Below are positions 33,266-43,097 of a DNA stretch of 64,000 nt, in pieces. Origin of the DNA: an uncultured Kiritimatiellota bacterium (GTDB lineage: Bacteria > Verrucomicrobiota > Kiritimatiellia > RFP12 > DVOR01); NCBI GenBank assembly GCA_944391085.1, contig CALXSE010000001.1, positions 71,857 through 135,856 on the forward strand, in the 5' to 3' direction. A program made the translations under genes and the position numbers. Within the stretch, counting starts at the first letter, position 1, and every line of letters begins with the position of its first letter. Below the pieces are notes generated by a model. It did not search any database, had not been told where the DNA came from, and was given only the letters and a program-made list of their open reading frames with translations.

Positions 33266-33385
33266 CACCTGCCCCCCGGCCGCCAACACAAAACCCGCCG
33301 TCCCGGGGAAGCGGAAAGGCCGCGCGGCCCGGGCAGGAAAGGGAGGGCGGAGGGCGCCCCGTCCCATCCCCCGCACCGCGCTTTG

Positions 33386-33394
33386 TGGTATACT
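33386..33394 (+). promoter_or_regulatory. Extended -10 TGGTATACT (pta-dprA)
   Basis: CTTTGTGGTATACTGCAAG, 31 nt upstream of the pta ATG. GAGAAAGGAA SD. Confidence 0.55.
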
Positions 33395-33425
33395 GCAAGA
33401 AAGGCTTTGAGAAAGGAATGCCAAG

Positions 33426-34436
33426 ATGAAATTGTTGAAGCAAATCTGCGCGAAGGCCAAAGGCTCTGGGCGCACGGTGGTGCTGCCCGAGGGGCAGGAC
33501 CCGCGCGTCATCAAGGCCGCGAACCTGGCGCTCCAGGAGAACGTGGCGAACATCATCGTGCTGGGCACGCCCGAGGAAATCGCCTTCTCGGAAAACGCCG
33601 CCGGCATGAGGCTGACGCCTTCCGCGCAGGTGATCGACCACACGAAGGACGCGCTGCTCGACGAGCTGGCGGCGGCCTTTTACGAGAAGCGCAAGGCCAA
33701 GGGGATGACCCCCGAGGGCGCGCGCCAGGCCCTCCTGGACAAGCGCATCTACTTCGGCGCGATGATGCTGGCCACGGGGAAGGCCGACGGCCTGGTGGCC
33801 GGCTCCATCGCCTCGACCGGCGACATGCTCCGCGCGGCCTTCCAATGCGTGGGCACGGCCCCGGGCATCAAGCTGGCCTCCTCCACCTTCCTCATGGGGC
33901 TGCGCGAGCCCACCGCCGCCGGCGACGACGTGCTCTGCTTCGCGGACTGCGCCGTGAACCCCTGCCCCACCGCCGAGCAGATGGTCGACATCGCCCTGGC
34001 CACGGCGCGCACCTTCCGCTCGCTCGTCGGCAAACAGCCCAAGGTGGCCTTCCTCTCCTTCTCCTCCAAAGGCTCGGCCAAGCACGAGCTGGTGGACAAG
34101 GTGGCCGAGGCCGCCCGCCTGACCAAGGCCCGCTTCGAAGAGCTCAACCTCGACGCGGTGGTCGACGGCGAGATCCAGGCCGACGCGGCCATCGTCCCGG
34201 CCGTGGCCCTGCAGAAGAACCCCGGCGGCGCCATCAAGGGCGACGCGAACGTCCTCATCTTCCCCGACCTCCAGGCCGGCAACATCTGCTACAAGCTGGT
34301 GCAGCGCCTGGGCGGGGCGACGGCCCTCGGGCCCGTGGTGCAGGGCGTGGCCAAGCCCATCAACGACCTCTCGCGCGGATGCTCGGCCGAGGACATCTTC
34401 GGCAACATCTGCATCACCGTCGGCCAGACGCTGTGA
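33426..34436 (+). CDS. pta: Phosphate acetyltransferase
   Basis: VVLPEGQDPRVIKAA, GLVAGSIASTGDMLR, ADCAVNP, LSFSSKGSAKH, FPDLQAGNICYKL. Confidence 0.93.
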   Translation: MKLLKQICAKAKGSGRTVVLPEGQDPRVIKAANLALQENVANIIVLGTPEEIAFSENAAGMRLTPSAQVIDHTKDALLDELAAAFYEKRKAKGMTPEGARQALLDKRIYFGAMMLATGKADGLVAGSIASTGDMLRAAFQCVGTAPGIKLASSTFLMGLREPTAAGDDVLCFADCAVNPCPTAEQMVDIALATARTFRSLVGKQPKVAFLSFSSKGSAKHELVDKVAEAARLTKARFEELNLDAVVDGEIQADAAIVPAVALQKNPGGAIKGDANVLIFPDLQAGNICYKLVQRLGGATALGPVVQGVAKPINDLSRGCSAEDIFGNICITVGQTL

Positions 34437-35563
34437 GCGCAGGGGACGACGCGGCCCGGGAACGTCAAGCGCTCATCGCCCTCAACCGCGTGCCGCGGGT
34501 GGGCGCCGCGAAGGCGCGCGCGCTGACGCGCGCCTTCGGCTCGCTCGCCGAGGCCGCGAAGGCCCCGCCCGGGCGCCTCGCCGAGCGTTGCAGGGAGCTG
34601 GGCCCAGACCTCGCCGAGGAGGTGGCCCAGGCCCTGCGCTCGGACTTCGCCGCGCGCGAGGAGGCCCGGGCCGAGGCCGCGAACGTCCGCATCCTCACCT
34701 GGCTGGACGACCTTTACCCCGAGAGCCTGCGCGCGCTGGCCGCCGCGCCGCTTTGCCTTTACTGCGCCGGCGAGCCGCGGCTGCTGGCGCAGGCGCAGGT
34801 GGGCGTGGTGGGCACCCGCGCGGCCTCCGTCTACGGCGCGGAGCAGGCGCGGCGCTTCGGGCGGCGCCTGGCCGAGGCGGGGCTCCACGTCACCAGCGGC
34901 CTGGCCGAGGGCGTGGACAGCGCGGCGCACGAAGGCGCGCTGCTCGCCGACGGGCCGGGCCGCACGATCGCCGTCGTGGGGACGGCGCTGGACTGCCTCT
35001 ACCCCGCCGGCCGCAAGCCCCTGGCGCGGGACATCGCGCGCCGGGGCGGGCTGGTGGTGAGCGAGTATCCCTTCGGGCGGCACGGCGACGCGAAGACCTT
35101 CCCCCAGCGCAACCGCCTCATCGCCGCCCTCGCCAGGGCCGTCCTGGTGGTGGAGACGGGCGCGCGCGGCGGCACGCTCATCACCGTCTCCTTCGCGCAG
35201 ACGTTCGGCCGCGCGCTCTATGCCCTGCCCGGCCGCGCCGACTGGCCCGGCTTCGAGGGGAACCACCGCCTGATCCGCGACGGCGACGCCCGCCTGGTGA
35301 CAAGCCCCGAGCACATCCTCGAGGACTTCGGCGAGCTGGACTTGCGCCCCGGCGGCGGGGAGGGCGAGCCCGCCGGCGCGCCCCTGGGGCTGACGGACGA
35401 CGAGCGGAGGATCTGGGAGGCGCTCGGGCCCGACGAATGCTCGGTGGAGGAGCTGGCCGCGCGCACGGGCCTGCCCCTGCCGGCCGTCTCGGCCAACGTC
35501 ATCGCGCTGCAGATGCACCGCCGGGTGCGTCCGCTGCCGGGCGGGCGGGTGCGGCGCGCCTGA
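34433..35563 (+). CDS. dprA: DNA-processing protein DprA (Smf)
   Basis: GTG start overlapping the pta stop (GTGA). VVGTRAASVYG, SGLAEGVDSAAHEGAL, FPQRNRLIAAL, and a C-terminal winged-helix-like tail. Confidence 0.88.
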   Translation: MSAGDDAARERQALIALNRVPRVGAAKARALTRAFGSLAEAAKAPPGRLAERCRELGPDLAEEVAQALRSDFAAREEARAEAANVRILTWLDDLYPESLRALAAAPLCLYCAGEPRLLAQAQVGVVGTRAASVYGAEQARRFGRRLAEAGLHVTSGLAEGVDSAAHEGALLADGPGRTIAVVGTALDCLYPAGRKPLARDIARRGGLVVSEYPFGRHGDAKTFPQRNRLIAALARAVLVVETGARGGTLITVSFAQTFGRALYALPGRADWPGFEGNHRLIRDGDARLVTSPEHILEDFGELDLRPGGGEGEPAGAPLGLTDDERRIWEALGPDECSVEELAARTGLPLPAVSANVIALQMHRRVRPLPGGRVRRA

Positions 35564-35588
35564 GCCATGGCGTGCCGCGGCGGGAATG

Positions 35589-35597
35589 TGTTATAGT
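35589..35597 (+). promoter_or_regulatory. Extended -10 TGTTATAGT
   Basis: AATGTGTTATAGTGTGG, 29 nt upstream of ATG 35627. Confidence 0.5.
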
Positions 35598-35626
35598 GTG
35601 GGAAAGTCAACGAAAGGCACGCAGAG

Positions 35627-38600
35627 ATGAAGATGCTTGTGAAACGGATGGCCCTGCTGGCCGCGGCGCTGTGCGCCGGGGCGGCCCTCGCGGCGCTGCC
35701 GCAGATGCCCGAGCGCCTGAGCCGCGAGGCGGCGCTGGCCAAGGTCGCCGAGACGACGCGGCATGACGCGCCGGACGCCAACACCCTGACCATCGCCGAA
35801 TCGCAGTGGGTGGAGTACGCCGCCGACGGCACGGACATCTCCTGGGTCGACTTCTGGGTCAAAGCCCTCACCGACAAGGGCGCGCAGGAGCTGCGCGCCA
35901 TGCCCCTCTGGTTCAAGGAAGGCTACACCGAGGCCGAGTTCCAGCTGGCCGAGATGGTGCGCGCGGACGGCTCCGTGGAGCCGATCGACCTCAACGCGAA
36001 CGTGGCCGTCTCCACCAGCAACGACAGCACCGACGCCAACATTTACGACCCCAGCGCCAAGCGCCTGGTGCTGACCGTGCCCAAGGCCGCGGTGGGCGAC
36101 ACGCTGCACGTCGTCGCCGCCTTCCGCACCATCCGCCCGCGCATCCCGGACACCTTTTACACGCGCGCCCTCTTCGAGAGCTTCGACGGCCCCGTGCCCT
36201 ACGCCGCGCTCACCGTCGTGGCGCCCAAAGACCTGCCCCTGCGCAGCCAGGCCATCCTCGACGAGGTGCCCGGCACCGTCACCGCCAGCCGCGAGACCCT
36301 CGCCGACGGCCGCGCCCTCCACCGCTGGGTGGCGCGGGACGTGCCGCAGGCCTTCGCCGAGGAGAAGATGCCCTCCGCCGAGGTCTCGCTCCAGCGCGTC
36401 GCGGCCTCCACCTTCGCCAGCTGGGAGGAGATCTCCAAGTGGTACTGGGCGCTCTGCGCCAAGCACATGCAGACCACCCCCGCCATCGACGCCAAGGTGC
36501 GCGAGCTCACCGAGGGCAAGTCGCGCGAGGCGCAGGTCGAGGCCCTCTTCGCCTTCGTCGCCCAGCAAATCCGCTACATGGGCATCATCGCCGAGGAGGA
36601 AGCCCCGGGCTTCGAGCCGCACGACGTCTCGCTCACCTTCGACAACCGCTACGGCGTCTGCCGCGACAAGGGCGTGCTGCTGGTGGCCATGCTCCGCAAG
36701 GCCGGCTTCGACGCCTACCCCGTCATCATCCACGCCGGCAGCCCCCGCGACCGGGAGGTGCCGATGCCCTACTTCAACCACGCCGTCGTGGCCATCGACC
36801 AGGGCGGGCGCGACTACCGCCTCCTCGACCCCACCGACGACACCGCCCGCGCCGAGCTGCCGGCCTACCTCAGCGCCTGCTCCTACCTCGTGGCGCGCCC
36901 GGAGGGCGAGACGCTCCGCGAGACGCCCGTGCCCAGCCCCGAGGGCAACCTGGCCGAGATCGAGACGCTCGGCGAGCTCGACGCCGCGGGCACCCTCGCC
37001 CTCACCTCCACCATGCGCCTCGGCGGCGTCAACGACAACGTCTACCGCCCCCTCTTCGTCCGCTCCCAGGCCGACCGCGTGCGCGACGTCTTCGACGGCT
37101 TCCTCAAGCGCCTGGCCCCCGGCGCCGAGCTCACCGACGTCGAGGTCTCCCCCAAGAACCCGGCCGACATCTCCCAGCCCCTCGTCGTCACCGTCCGCGG
37201 CCGCGTCCCCCACTTCGGCACCCCGGACGCCAAGGGCCACACCCTCGTCTCCCTCCCCTTCATGAGCCGCGCCGTCGGCCTGGTCAACTTCCTCTTCGAC
37301 GGCCTCGCCCAGCCCACCCGCGCCTACGACTGGGTCATCGAGGCGCCCTGCGGCGTGCGCGAGCGCCTCACCCTGCGCGGCCTGGGCGCCCTCGGCGAGC
37401 CCGCCCTCCTGCCCGACGACCCCATCCTCAAGGCCAACGGCGCCTCCTTCGACATCGTCTGCGCCCGCGCCGAGAACGGCGACCTCACCCTCACCCGCGA
37501 GCTCGTCCTCTCGCACAAGACCTACACGCCCGAGGACTACCGCTCGCTCCGCCGCTTCGCCGAGCGCATGGCCCGCGTCGAATCCGTCCGCCCCCTCTTC
37601 ATCCGCCCGCCGAAGCAGGACGCCGACGCCGAGATCCTCCGGCGCGACGAATCCGTGACGCTGAACGACGACGGCTCCTTCACCCGCCGCTCCGTCACGG
37701 ACACCCACATCCTCACCTTCCAGGGCAAGCGCGCCCTCGGCGAGGTCAAGTTCGTCAACAACCCCGACACCGAGACCCTCACCCTCAACGCCGTCGAGGT
37801 CTCCACCGCCAAAGGCGACCGCGTCCCGCTCACCGAGAAGGAGATCTCCCGCCTCGACGTCGACGGCGCCGCCCTCTCCCCGCGCTACCCCGCCTTCCGC
37901 CAAACCATCCTCTCGCTGCCCGCCGTCGACGTCGGCGCCGCCACGCACGTGGACGCCACCGTCTCCAACGCCGCCGGCGCGCCCTTCTGCGGCCTTGTCG
38001 TCTTCGGCGCCTCGCCCTACCCCACGCGGGAGGAATGCTACACCCTCACCGTCCCGCTCGGCCGCGACCCCGAGCTCCGCATCGCCGAGCGCGGCTTCGA
38101 GGGCTTCGACGTCTCGCGCGCCGTCGTCACCAACGGCGCGCAGGTCGTCCGCACCTGGGTCGTGCGCGACCTCCCGCCCATCCGCCCCGAGCCCGCCACC
38201 CCCGCCGCGCAGCTCCTCCGCCCCACGATCGCCTTCGCCATGCGCGACGCCGCCGCCCACCGGGCCCTCCCCGCCCTCATCGCCCGCGCCGACGCCCTCG
38301 CCGACGACCCCGGCGAAGCCGTCGAGGCCCTGGCCGAACGCCTCGCCGAAGGCCTCGGCGACGAGGATTTGGAGAGCCGCCTCCGCGCCGTGCAGGACTA
38401 CCTGGCCAAACGCATCCGCACGCTCGGCCCGGACTGGGCCGCCCTCCGCTGGGGCACGCTCACCCCGCCCGCGGAGACCCTCGCCGACGGCTACGGCAAC
38501 CGCCTGGACCGCCTCGTCCTCCAGCTGGCCCTCCTGCGCGCCATGGACGTCGACGCCGAGCTGGCCTTCGCCGCCGCCAACGATCTCCCCAACGAGCTGC

Positions 38601-39442
38601 TCTTCGGCGAGCGCCTGGCCCTGCGCGGGGCCCCGCGGTGGGCCGACTGGCCCCGGCCCTACCTCCTCCTCCCCGACGGCCGCGCCATCGGCGACGAGGG
38701 CGAGTTCGACGAGCCCGGCGCCTGCGCACTCTCCTCCCGCGCCTTCATGACGGCCCGCGGCCGCGTCCTCTACACCCGCCCCGACAGCCTCCGCCCCCGC
38801 ACCGAGAGCGTCACCCGCGTCATCGTCGAGGCGGACGGCGACGCGACGATCTCGCGCGACGACTATGCCTGGGGCCTCATGGCCGGCGGCGTCCGCCGCG
38901 CAGACCGCGACCTGACGCCCGAGCTCCGCCGCCGCGCCGTCGCCGCCGTCGCCGAGAGCCTCGCCCCCGGCGCCACCCCCGTGAGCGAGTACATCGTCGA
39001 CAAGCGCGCCTACCCCACGCGCCAACGCCTCTCCGTCGAGGCCAAGGCCTACGCCCAGCGCCGCGGCGACCTCCTCAGCGTCCCCGTCGAGCGCCTCGTC
39101 GCCCCGGTCTACGGCCTGCGCGGCGTCAAGCGCGAGAACCCCATCTGGCAGAGCCCCACCGAGGGCGCGCGCGCCACGCTCGAGTTCTGGCTCCCCCCCG
39201 GCAGCGAGATCGTCTCCAAGCCCGAGCCCTTCGACTACGCCCTCCCCGGCGGCGGCCGCTACACCCTCACCTGCCAGGTGCGGCCCACCCCGCACACCGG
39301 CTACCTCCGCGTGACGTACGTGGCCGAGTGCGTCTGCCCGCCGGCCCTCCTCGACGCCTGGCGCTTCCCCGCGCTCACCGAGCTGGACCGCCTCCTCTCC
39401 GCGCCCACCATGCGCACGCTCGTCGTGCGCCTGCCCGAATGA
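35627..39442 (+). CDS. Secreted DUF3857-like / transglutaminase-like cysteine protease-fold protein
   Basis: Signal peptide MKMLVKRMALLAAALCAGAALA. Transglutaminase core Cys-His-Asp: RYGVCRDKGVLLVAMLRKAGF ... YFNHAVVAI ... RLLDPTDD. 1271 aa. Confidence 0.8.
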   Translation: MKMLVKRMALLAAALCAGAALAALPQMPERLSREAALAKVAETTRHDAPDANTLTIAESQWVEYAADGTDISWVDFWVKALTDKGAQELRAMPLWFKEGYTEAEFQLAEMVRADGSVEPIDLNANVAVSTSNDSTDANIYDPSAKRLVLTVPKAAVGDTLHVVAAFRTIRPRIPDTFYTRALFESFDGPVPYAALTVVAPKDLPLRSQAILDEVPGTVTASRETLADGRALHRWVARDVPQAFAEEKMPSAEVSLQRVAASTFASWEEISKWYWALCAKHMQTTPAIDAKVRELTEGKSREAQVEALFAFVAQQIRYMGIIAEEEAPGFEPHDVSLTFDNRYGVCRDKGVLLVAMLRKAGFDAYPVIIHAGSPRDREVPMPYFNHAVVAIDQGGRDYRLLDPTDDTARAELPAYLSACSYLVARPEGETLRETPVPSPEGNLAEIETLGELDAAGTLALTSTMRLGGVNDNVYRPLFVRSQADRVRDVFDGFLKRLAPGAELTDVEVSPKNPADISQPLVVTVRGRVPHFGTPDAKGHTLVSLPFMSRAVGLVNFLFDGLAQPTRAYDWVIEAPCGVRERLTLRGLGALGEPALLPDDPILKANGASFDIVCARAENGDLTLTRELVLSHKTYTPEDYRSLRRFAERMARVESVRPLFIRPPKQDADAEILRRDESVTLNDDGSFTRRSVTDTHILTFQGKRALGEVKFVNNPDTETLTLNAVEVSTAKGDRVPLTEKEISRLDVDGAALSPRYPAFRQTILSLPAVDVGAATHVDATVSNAAGAPFCGLVVFGASPYPTREECYTLTVPLGRDPELRIAERGFEGFDVSRAVVTNGAQVVRTWVVRDLPPIRPEPATPAAQLLRPTIAFAMRDAAAHRALPALIARADALADDPGEAVEALAERLAEGLGDEDLESRLRAVQDYLAKRIRTLGPDWAALRWGTLTPPAETLADGYGNRLDRLVLQLALLRAMDVDAELAFAAANDLPNELLFGERLALRGAPRWADWPRPYLLLPDGRAIGDEGEFDEPGACALSSRAFMTARGRVLYTRPDSLRPRTESVTRVIVEADGDATISRDDYAWGLMAGGVRRADRDLTPELRRRAVAAVAESLAPGATPVSEYIVDKRAYPTRQRLSVEAKAYAQRRGDLLSVPVERLVAPVYGLRGVKRENPIWQSPTEGARATLEFWLPPGSEIVSKPEPFDYALPGGGRYTLTCQVRPTPHTGYLRVTYVAECVCPPALLDAWRFPALTELDRLLSAPTMRTLVVRLPE

Positions 39443-39443
39443 C

Positions 39444-40502
39444 ATGACCGTCCTCGGAATCGAAAGCTCCTGCGACGAGACCGCCGTCGCCGTCGTCCGC
39501 GGCGGCGACGAGGTGCTCGCCTCCGTCGTCTACTCCCAGGTGCCGCTGCACCGCCCCTACGGCGGCGTGGTGCCGGAGGTGGCCAGCCGCGCCCACGTCG
39601 AAAAGATCCGCGGCGTGGCCGAGGAGGCCCTCGCCAGGGCCTTCCCCGGCGAGCCCGACCCGTGGGGCCGGGTCGACGCCATCGCCGCCACGCGCGGCCC
39701 CGGCCTGGCCGCCGCGCTCCTGGTGGGGTGGACCTTCGCCAAGGGCCTGGCGTTGGCGCTGGGCAAGCCGCTCATCCCCGTGAACCATATGCACGCGCAC
39801 CTCTGGTCCGTCCGCCTGGGGCGCCCGGATCTGCGCGGCGCGGATCTGTGGCCCCAGCTGGGGCTGGCGGTGAGCGGGGGGCACACGGCCTTCGTGGAAA
39901 GCCCCGCGCCGGGGCGCTTCCGCCTGCTGGGCCAGACGATCGACGACGCGGCGGGCGAGGCCTTCGACAAGGCCGCCAAGCTCCTGGGCCTGGGGTACCC
40001 GGGCGGCCCGGTGGTCGACCGCCTGGCGCGTTCGGCCCCGCCCGAGGCGCGGCGGGCCATCCGCTTCCCGGAGGGGCGGGTCGCCGCGGGGCACCCGCTG
40101 CCGGAGGAGTGGCGGCATGAGCTGTGCGTCTCGTTCAGCGGGCTGAAGACGGCCCTGCTGACGTACGTCAAGCGGCACCCGCCGCAGGGCGAGGCCGAGG
40201 TGGCGACGATTTGCGCGAGCTACCAGACGGCGATCGTCGGGGCGCTTGTGCGCCGGCTGGAGGTGGCGCTGGCGGGCGGCGGCCACAAGTCCCTGGCCGT
40301 GGGCGGGGGAGTCTCGCTCAACGGCCAGCTGCGCGAGGCGCTGGGGGAGCTGGCCGCCCGGCGCGGCGTGGCGCTGCTGTTGGCCGAGCCGCGGTATTGC
40401 GGCGACAACGCGGCCATGATCGCGGGCATCGCCTCGGCGGGGGTGGAGGAAGAGGACGCCGCCGCGCTGTCGCTGGACGTCGACCCCTCGCTCCCGATCT
40501 GA
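39444..40502 (+). CDS. tsaD: tRNA N6-adenosine threonylcarbamoyltransferase
   Basis: MTVLGIESSCDETAVAVV, VNHMHAH, SGGHT, GYPGGP, GGGVSLN. Confidence 0.95.
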   Translation: MTVLGIESSCDETAVAVVRGGDEVLASVVYSQVPLHRPYGGVVPEVASRAHVEKIRGVAEEALARAFPGEPDPWGRVDAIAATRGPGLAAALLVGWTFAKGLALALGKPLIPVNHMHAHLWSVRLGRPDLRGADLWPQLGLAVSGGHTAFVESPAPGRFRLLGQTIDDAAGEAFDKAAKLLGLGYPGGPVVDRLARSAPPEARRAIRFPEGRVAAGHPLPEEWRHELCVSFSGLKTALLTYVKRHPPQGEAEVATICASYQTAIVGALVRRLEVALAGGGHKSLAVGGGVSLNGQLREALGELAARRGVALLLAEPRYCGDNAAMIAGIASAGVEEEDAAALSLDVDPSLPI

Positions 40503-40511
40503 GGGCGGGGA

Positions 40512-41207
40512 TCAATCCTTGACCAACGCGAAGAACCTGTCCTGGTACAGGTCGAAGAGCCCTTTGTCCTTGAGCAGGCGCCCAAGGGGCTTGATGAGGG
40601 CGGAATCCCGCGCGGCGGCGGCGAAGGCGCGCTCGATCTCGTCGCGGTCGGCGTGGGGCAGGCGCTCGCGGAAGCCCTCCTTCTCGTGCTCGGCCAGGGC
40701 ATGGAGCGTCTTGGGGAGCGAGGCCTGCACCAGGCGCATGAAGAGGTGCAGCAGGCAGACGTCCCACGGCTCGTCCACGCCCACCACGAGGGCGGCGTAG
40801 GGGTCGCCCTTGCGCGCGAGGGCCTGTTCGGCGCGGCCGCGAACGGCCTCGAGCGGCTCGCAGAGCAGCGTCTCGGAGTAGGTCTCGCGGCGCAGGCGGT
40901 AGGAATAGCGCAGGATGCGGAAGCGGTCGCCGTGGCGCTTCAGGAAGTCCAGGTAGCCCTGCGCCTGGGGGCCGAAGCCCTCCAGTTCCTGCGTCGAGAG
41001 GTCGCCGGGCAGCAGGAGGCGCGGCGGGAAGGTCTGCAGCTTGCCCTCGCGGACGCGCGTCTTGGTGGGGTCGTCCATCGGCTGGGTCAGCAGCGTGTAG
41101 TTCACGAAGGTCTGGTCAAAGGCGTCAAGCAGGCGTTCCGGCGCGCGGACGATGTGCGTGTGCCGGACGGCATAGACGAAATCAAACCTGTTTGGCCCTC
41201 TCTTCAT
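40512..41207 (-). CDS. Hypothetical cytoplasmic protein (231 aa)
   Basis: Clean ORF with an ATG start and codon usage like its neighbours. No family recognised, no TM or signal. Confidence 0.6.
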   Translation of the reverse strand: MKRGPNRFDFVYAVRHTHIVRAPERLLDAFDQTFVNYTLLTQPMDDPTKTRVREGKLQTFPPRLLLPGDLSTQELEGFGPQAQGYLDFLKRHGDRFRILRYSYRLRRETYSETLLCEPLEAVRGRAEQALARKGDPYAALVVGVDEPWDVCLLHLFMRLVQASLPKTLHALAEHEKEGFRERLPHADRDEIERAFAAAARDSALIKPLGRLLKDKGLFDLYQDRFFALVKD

Positions 41208-41215
41208 TTGCGCTT

Positions 41216-41224
41216 ATTGTACCA
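41216..41224 (-). promoter_or_regulatory. Extended -10 TGGTACAAT
   Basis: Minus strand TTTTTGGTACAATAAGCGCAAATG. The -10 ends 8 nt before ATG 41207 and there is no SD. Confidence 0.5.
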
Positions 41225-41261
41225 AAAACAAACACCGCGCTCACCGTCCCGCCGGGCGCCG

Positions 41262-41798
41262 TCAGAGGGCGGCGCCGAGGGCGCGCGCCTGCGCCAGATA
41301 GGGCGAGGCCTTGGCCTCGTCGGGGTGGGTCAGGCCGGCGGCGCGCAGGGCGAAGGCCTCCCTCGGCGCGTCGAGGCAGGCCAGATAGCCGCGGAAGTCC
41401 TCGAGCGTGCGATCCATGCACGCGGGGTCGTCGTCGGCCGAGGTCATGACGAAGCCGAAGGTCTTGCCGCCCATGCGCCCGTAGTAGGGGCTGGAGCGGT
41501 CGATGAGGGTCTTCATCTGGGCGCAGATGGAATAGAAATAGACCGGCGTGGCCATGACGATGACGTCCGCCGCGAGCATCTTGCGCTGGATTTCCGCCGC
41601 GTCGTCCCGGATCGGGCAGGGCTTGCCGTGGAACGAGCAGAGGCCGCACCCCGTGCAATAGCCGATGCGCTTCTCGGCCAGGCGGATGAGCTCCACCGCG
41701 TGCCCGGCGGCGCGCGCGCCTTCGGCGACGGCCCGGCAGAGCGTGTCGGAATTGCCGCCCTTGCGCGGCGAGGCGGACAGGATCAGGACTTGCTTCAT
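41262..41798 (-). CDS. NADPH-dependent FMN reductase / iron-sulfur flavoprotein family
   Basis: Only the last 178 codons of track ORF 41262..44222 are credible. MKQVLILSASPRKGGNSDTL, Cys cluster CTGCGLCSFHGKPC, ATPVYFYS. GAGGAGGCAACC SD lies upstream. Confidence 0.8.
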   Translation of the reverse strand: MKQVLILSASPRKGGNSDTLCRAVAEGARAAGHAVELIRLAEKRIGYCTGCGLCSFHGKPCPIRDDAAEIQRKMLAADVIVMATPVYFYSICAQMKTLIDRSSPYYGRMGGKTFGFVMTSADDDPACMDRTLEDFRGYLACLDAPREAFALRAAGLTHPDEAKASPYLAQARALGAAL

Positions 41799-41943
41799 GG
41801 TTGCCTCCTCATTGTTTGGACGCAGGCAGGATACACCCTTGCCCACACTCCAGGTCAAGCCCCGGCCCAGACGCCGGGGGCCGGGGGCCGCGGGCGACTC
41901 CTTCTGGGGTGCTTTTTGCTTGCGCGGAGGGCTTCCGAACGGG

Positions 41944-41949
41944 TATAAT
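41944..41949 (+). promoter_or_regulatory. -10 box TATAAT for the cupin-dha-aldolase operon
   Basis: CGGGTATAATAGG is an AT island in GC-rich intergenic DNA. No good -35 found. Confidence 0.45.
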
Positions 41950-41953
41950 AGGC

Positions 41954-41967
41954 CTTGAAACGTCAAG
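41954..41967. repeat. Palindrome CTTGA-AACG-TCAAG just downstream of the TATAAT box (candidate operator)
   Basis: Read directly: ggcCTTGAAACGTCAAGatgggcc. Confidence 0.9.
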
Positions 41968-42002
41968 ATGGGCCTCGGCCCGCAAGGAAAGGACAGGATC
42001 AG

Positions 42003-42716
42003 ATGGACACGATGAAGGCAATGCGCCGCGGCGCGATGGCTGTGATGGCCGCCTCCACGATTGGGTTTTCCGTTGGTTGCGCGGGCACCGCGCAGCCGCA
42101 ACAACAGGAGATCGTACAAATGGACAACGCAGATTTCTACACCGACGGCAAGCTCGACGCGGCCAAGTGCAAAGCGGCCTACTTCGAGATGATGGAAAAG
42201 GTGGGTGCCCCCGTCTACCCGCGCTACAAGGATGAGCCCGGCTTCCTGTGGACGGTCGACTTCGGGCAGGGCGACTTCGCGCGCTTCGGCATGGGCGGGG
42301 TCTTCTGGGTGAACAACCGCGACAAGCAGTATTTCGGCCACGAGATCTTCCTGCTGCCCGGCCAATCCATCGCCGAGCACCGCCACCTGCCCACCACCGA
42401 CGACAAAGGCCCCCTGCAGGCCAAGCACGAGAGCTGGCTGGTCCGCCACGGCTCCGTCTACGGCTTCAGCGAGGTGGGCGAGCCCAACCTCGACGAGTTC
42501 CCGGAGATCAAGGCCCTCCTGGCCGATTGCCAGAAACCCGTGATGAACTGCGTCCACGTCGAGAAATGGGAAGCCGACGGCCAGCTCCACGTCCTGCCCA
42601 AGGACGAGACCTGGCACTTCATGATGGGCGGCCCCGACGGCGCCGTCGTCACCGAGTTCGGCACCTTCCACGACAACAACGGCCTGCGCTTCACCGTCCC
42701 CGGCGCCAGCCTCTGA
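42003..42716 (+). CDS. Cupin protein resembling D-lyxose/D-mannose ketol-isomerases, with a lipoprotein-like N-terminus
   Basis: MDTMKAMRRGAMAVMAASTIGFSVGC. LWTVDFGQGDFARFGMGGVFWV, EIFLLPGQSIAEHRH and TEFGTFHDNNGLRF resemble, from memory, lyxose-isomerase cupins. Start uncertain (alternatives 42012, 42120). Confidence 0.6.
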   Translation: MDTMKAMRRGAMAVMAASTIGFSVGCAGTAQPQQQEIVQMDNADFYTDGKLDAAKCKAAYFEMMEKVGAPVYPRYKDEPGFLWTVDFGQGDFARFGMGGVFWVNNRDKQYFGHEIFLLPGQSIAEHRHLPTTDDKGPLQAKHESWLVRHGSVYGFSEVGEPNLDEFPEIKALLADCQKPVMNCVHVEKWEADGQLHVLPKDETWHFMMGGPDGAVVTEFGTFHDNNGLRFTVPGASL

Positions 42717-42776
42717 GCCCCCCGCGCGGCGGGCCTCCCCCCGCCGCGCCCCACAACCGCACGAAAGGATTTCGAG

Positions 42777-43088
42777 ATGAAGTATCTGCACACCGGCATG
42801 ATCGTGGGCGAAAAGCTGCCCGACATGATCTACATGGAGCCCCTGAAGGTGTGGGTCACCGACGCCTCCAAGGACAAGTACGCCATCGAGTTCCTCTACT
42901 TCGAGGTCGATTCCCCCATGGCCGCGGCCATCCAGGAACAGCCCCACGTGGCCTACGAGGTCGAAGACATCGACGCCGCGCTCGAGGGCAAATCCATCCT
43001 CTGGCCCAAGATGGACGTGGGCGGCGCCTACATCGCCTTCGTCTACGACAACGACACCGTCGTCGAATTCTACCAGCCCAAGAAGTGA
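42777..43088 (+). CDS. Small VOC (glyoxalase/epimerase-fold) protein
   Basis: 103 aa. YLHTGMIV and PHVAYEVEDIDAAL are paired-beta-alpha-beta-beta-beta module signatures. Confidence 0.55.
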   Translation: MKYLHTGMIVGEKLPDMIYMEPLKVWVTDASKDKYAIEFLYFEVDSPMAAAIQEQPHVAYEVEDIDAALEGKSILWPKMDVGGAYIAFVYDNDTVVEFYQPKK

Positions 43089-43097
43089 GGTGACGCC

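Noticed and set aside
35591-39445. 1284-aa minus-strand ORF, and the 35806..39447 plus-strand alternative frame, over the transglutaminase-like gene
   Set aside because: Low-complexity Gly/Ala/Arg/Pro translations. The 35627..39442 frame carries a signal peptide and the Cys-His-Asp transglutaminase core.
41960-41967. 8-mer ACGTCAAG occurring downstream of both promoters that flank the dha cluster (41960 and 45856), and also at about 34462
   Set aside because: Three plus-strand copies versus roughly 0.5 expected from base composition is weak. The third copy is inside dprA. Too little evidence for a shared regulatory half-site.
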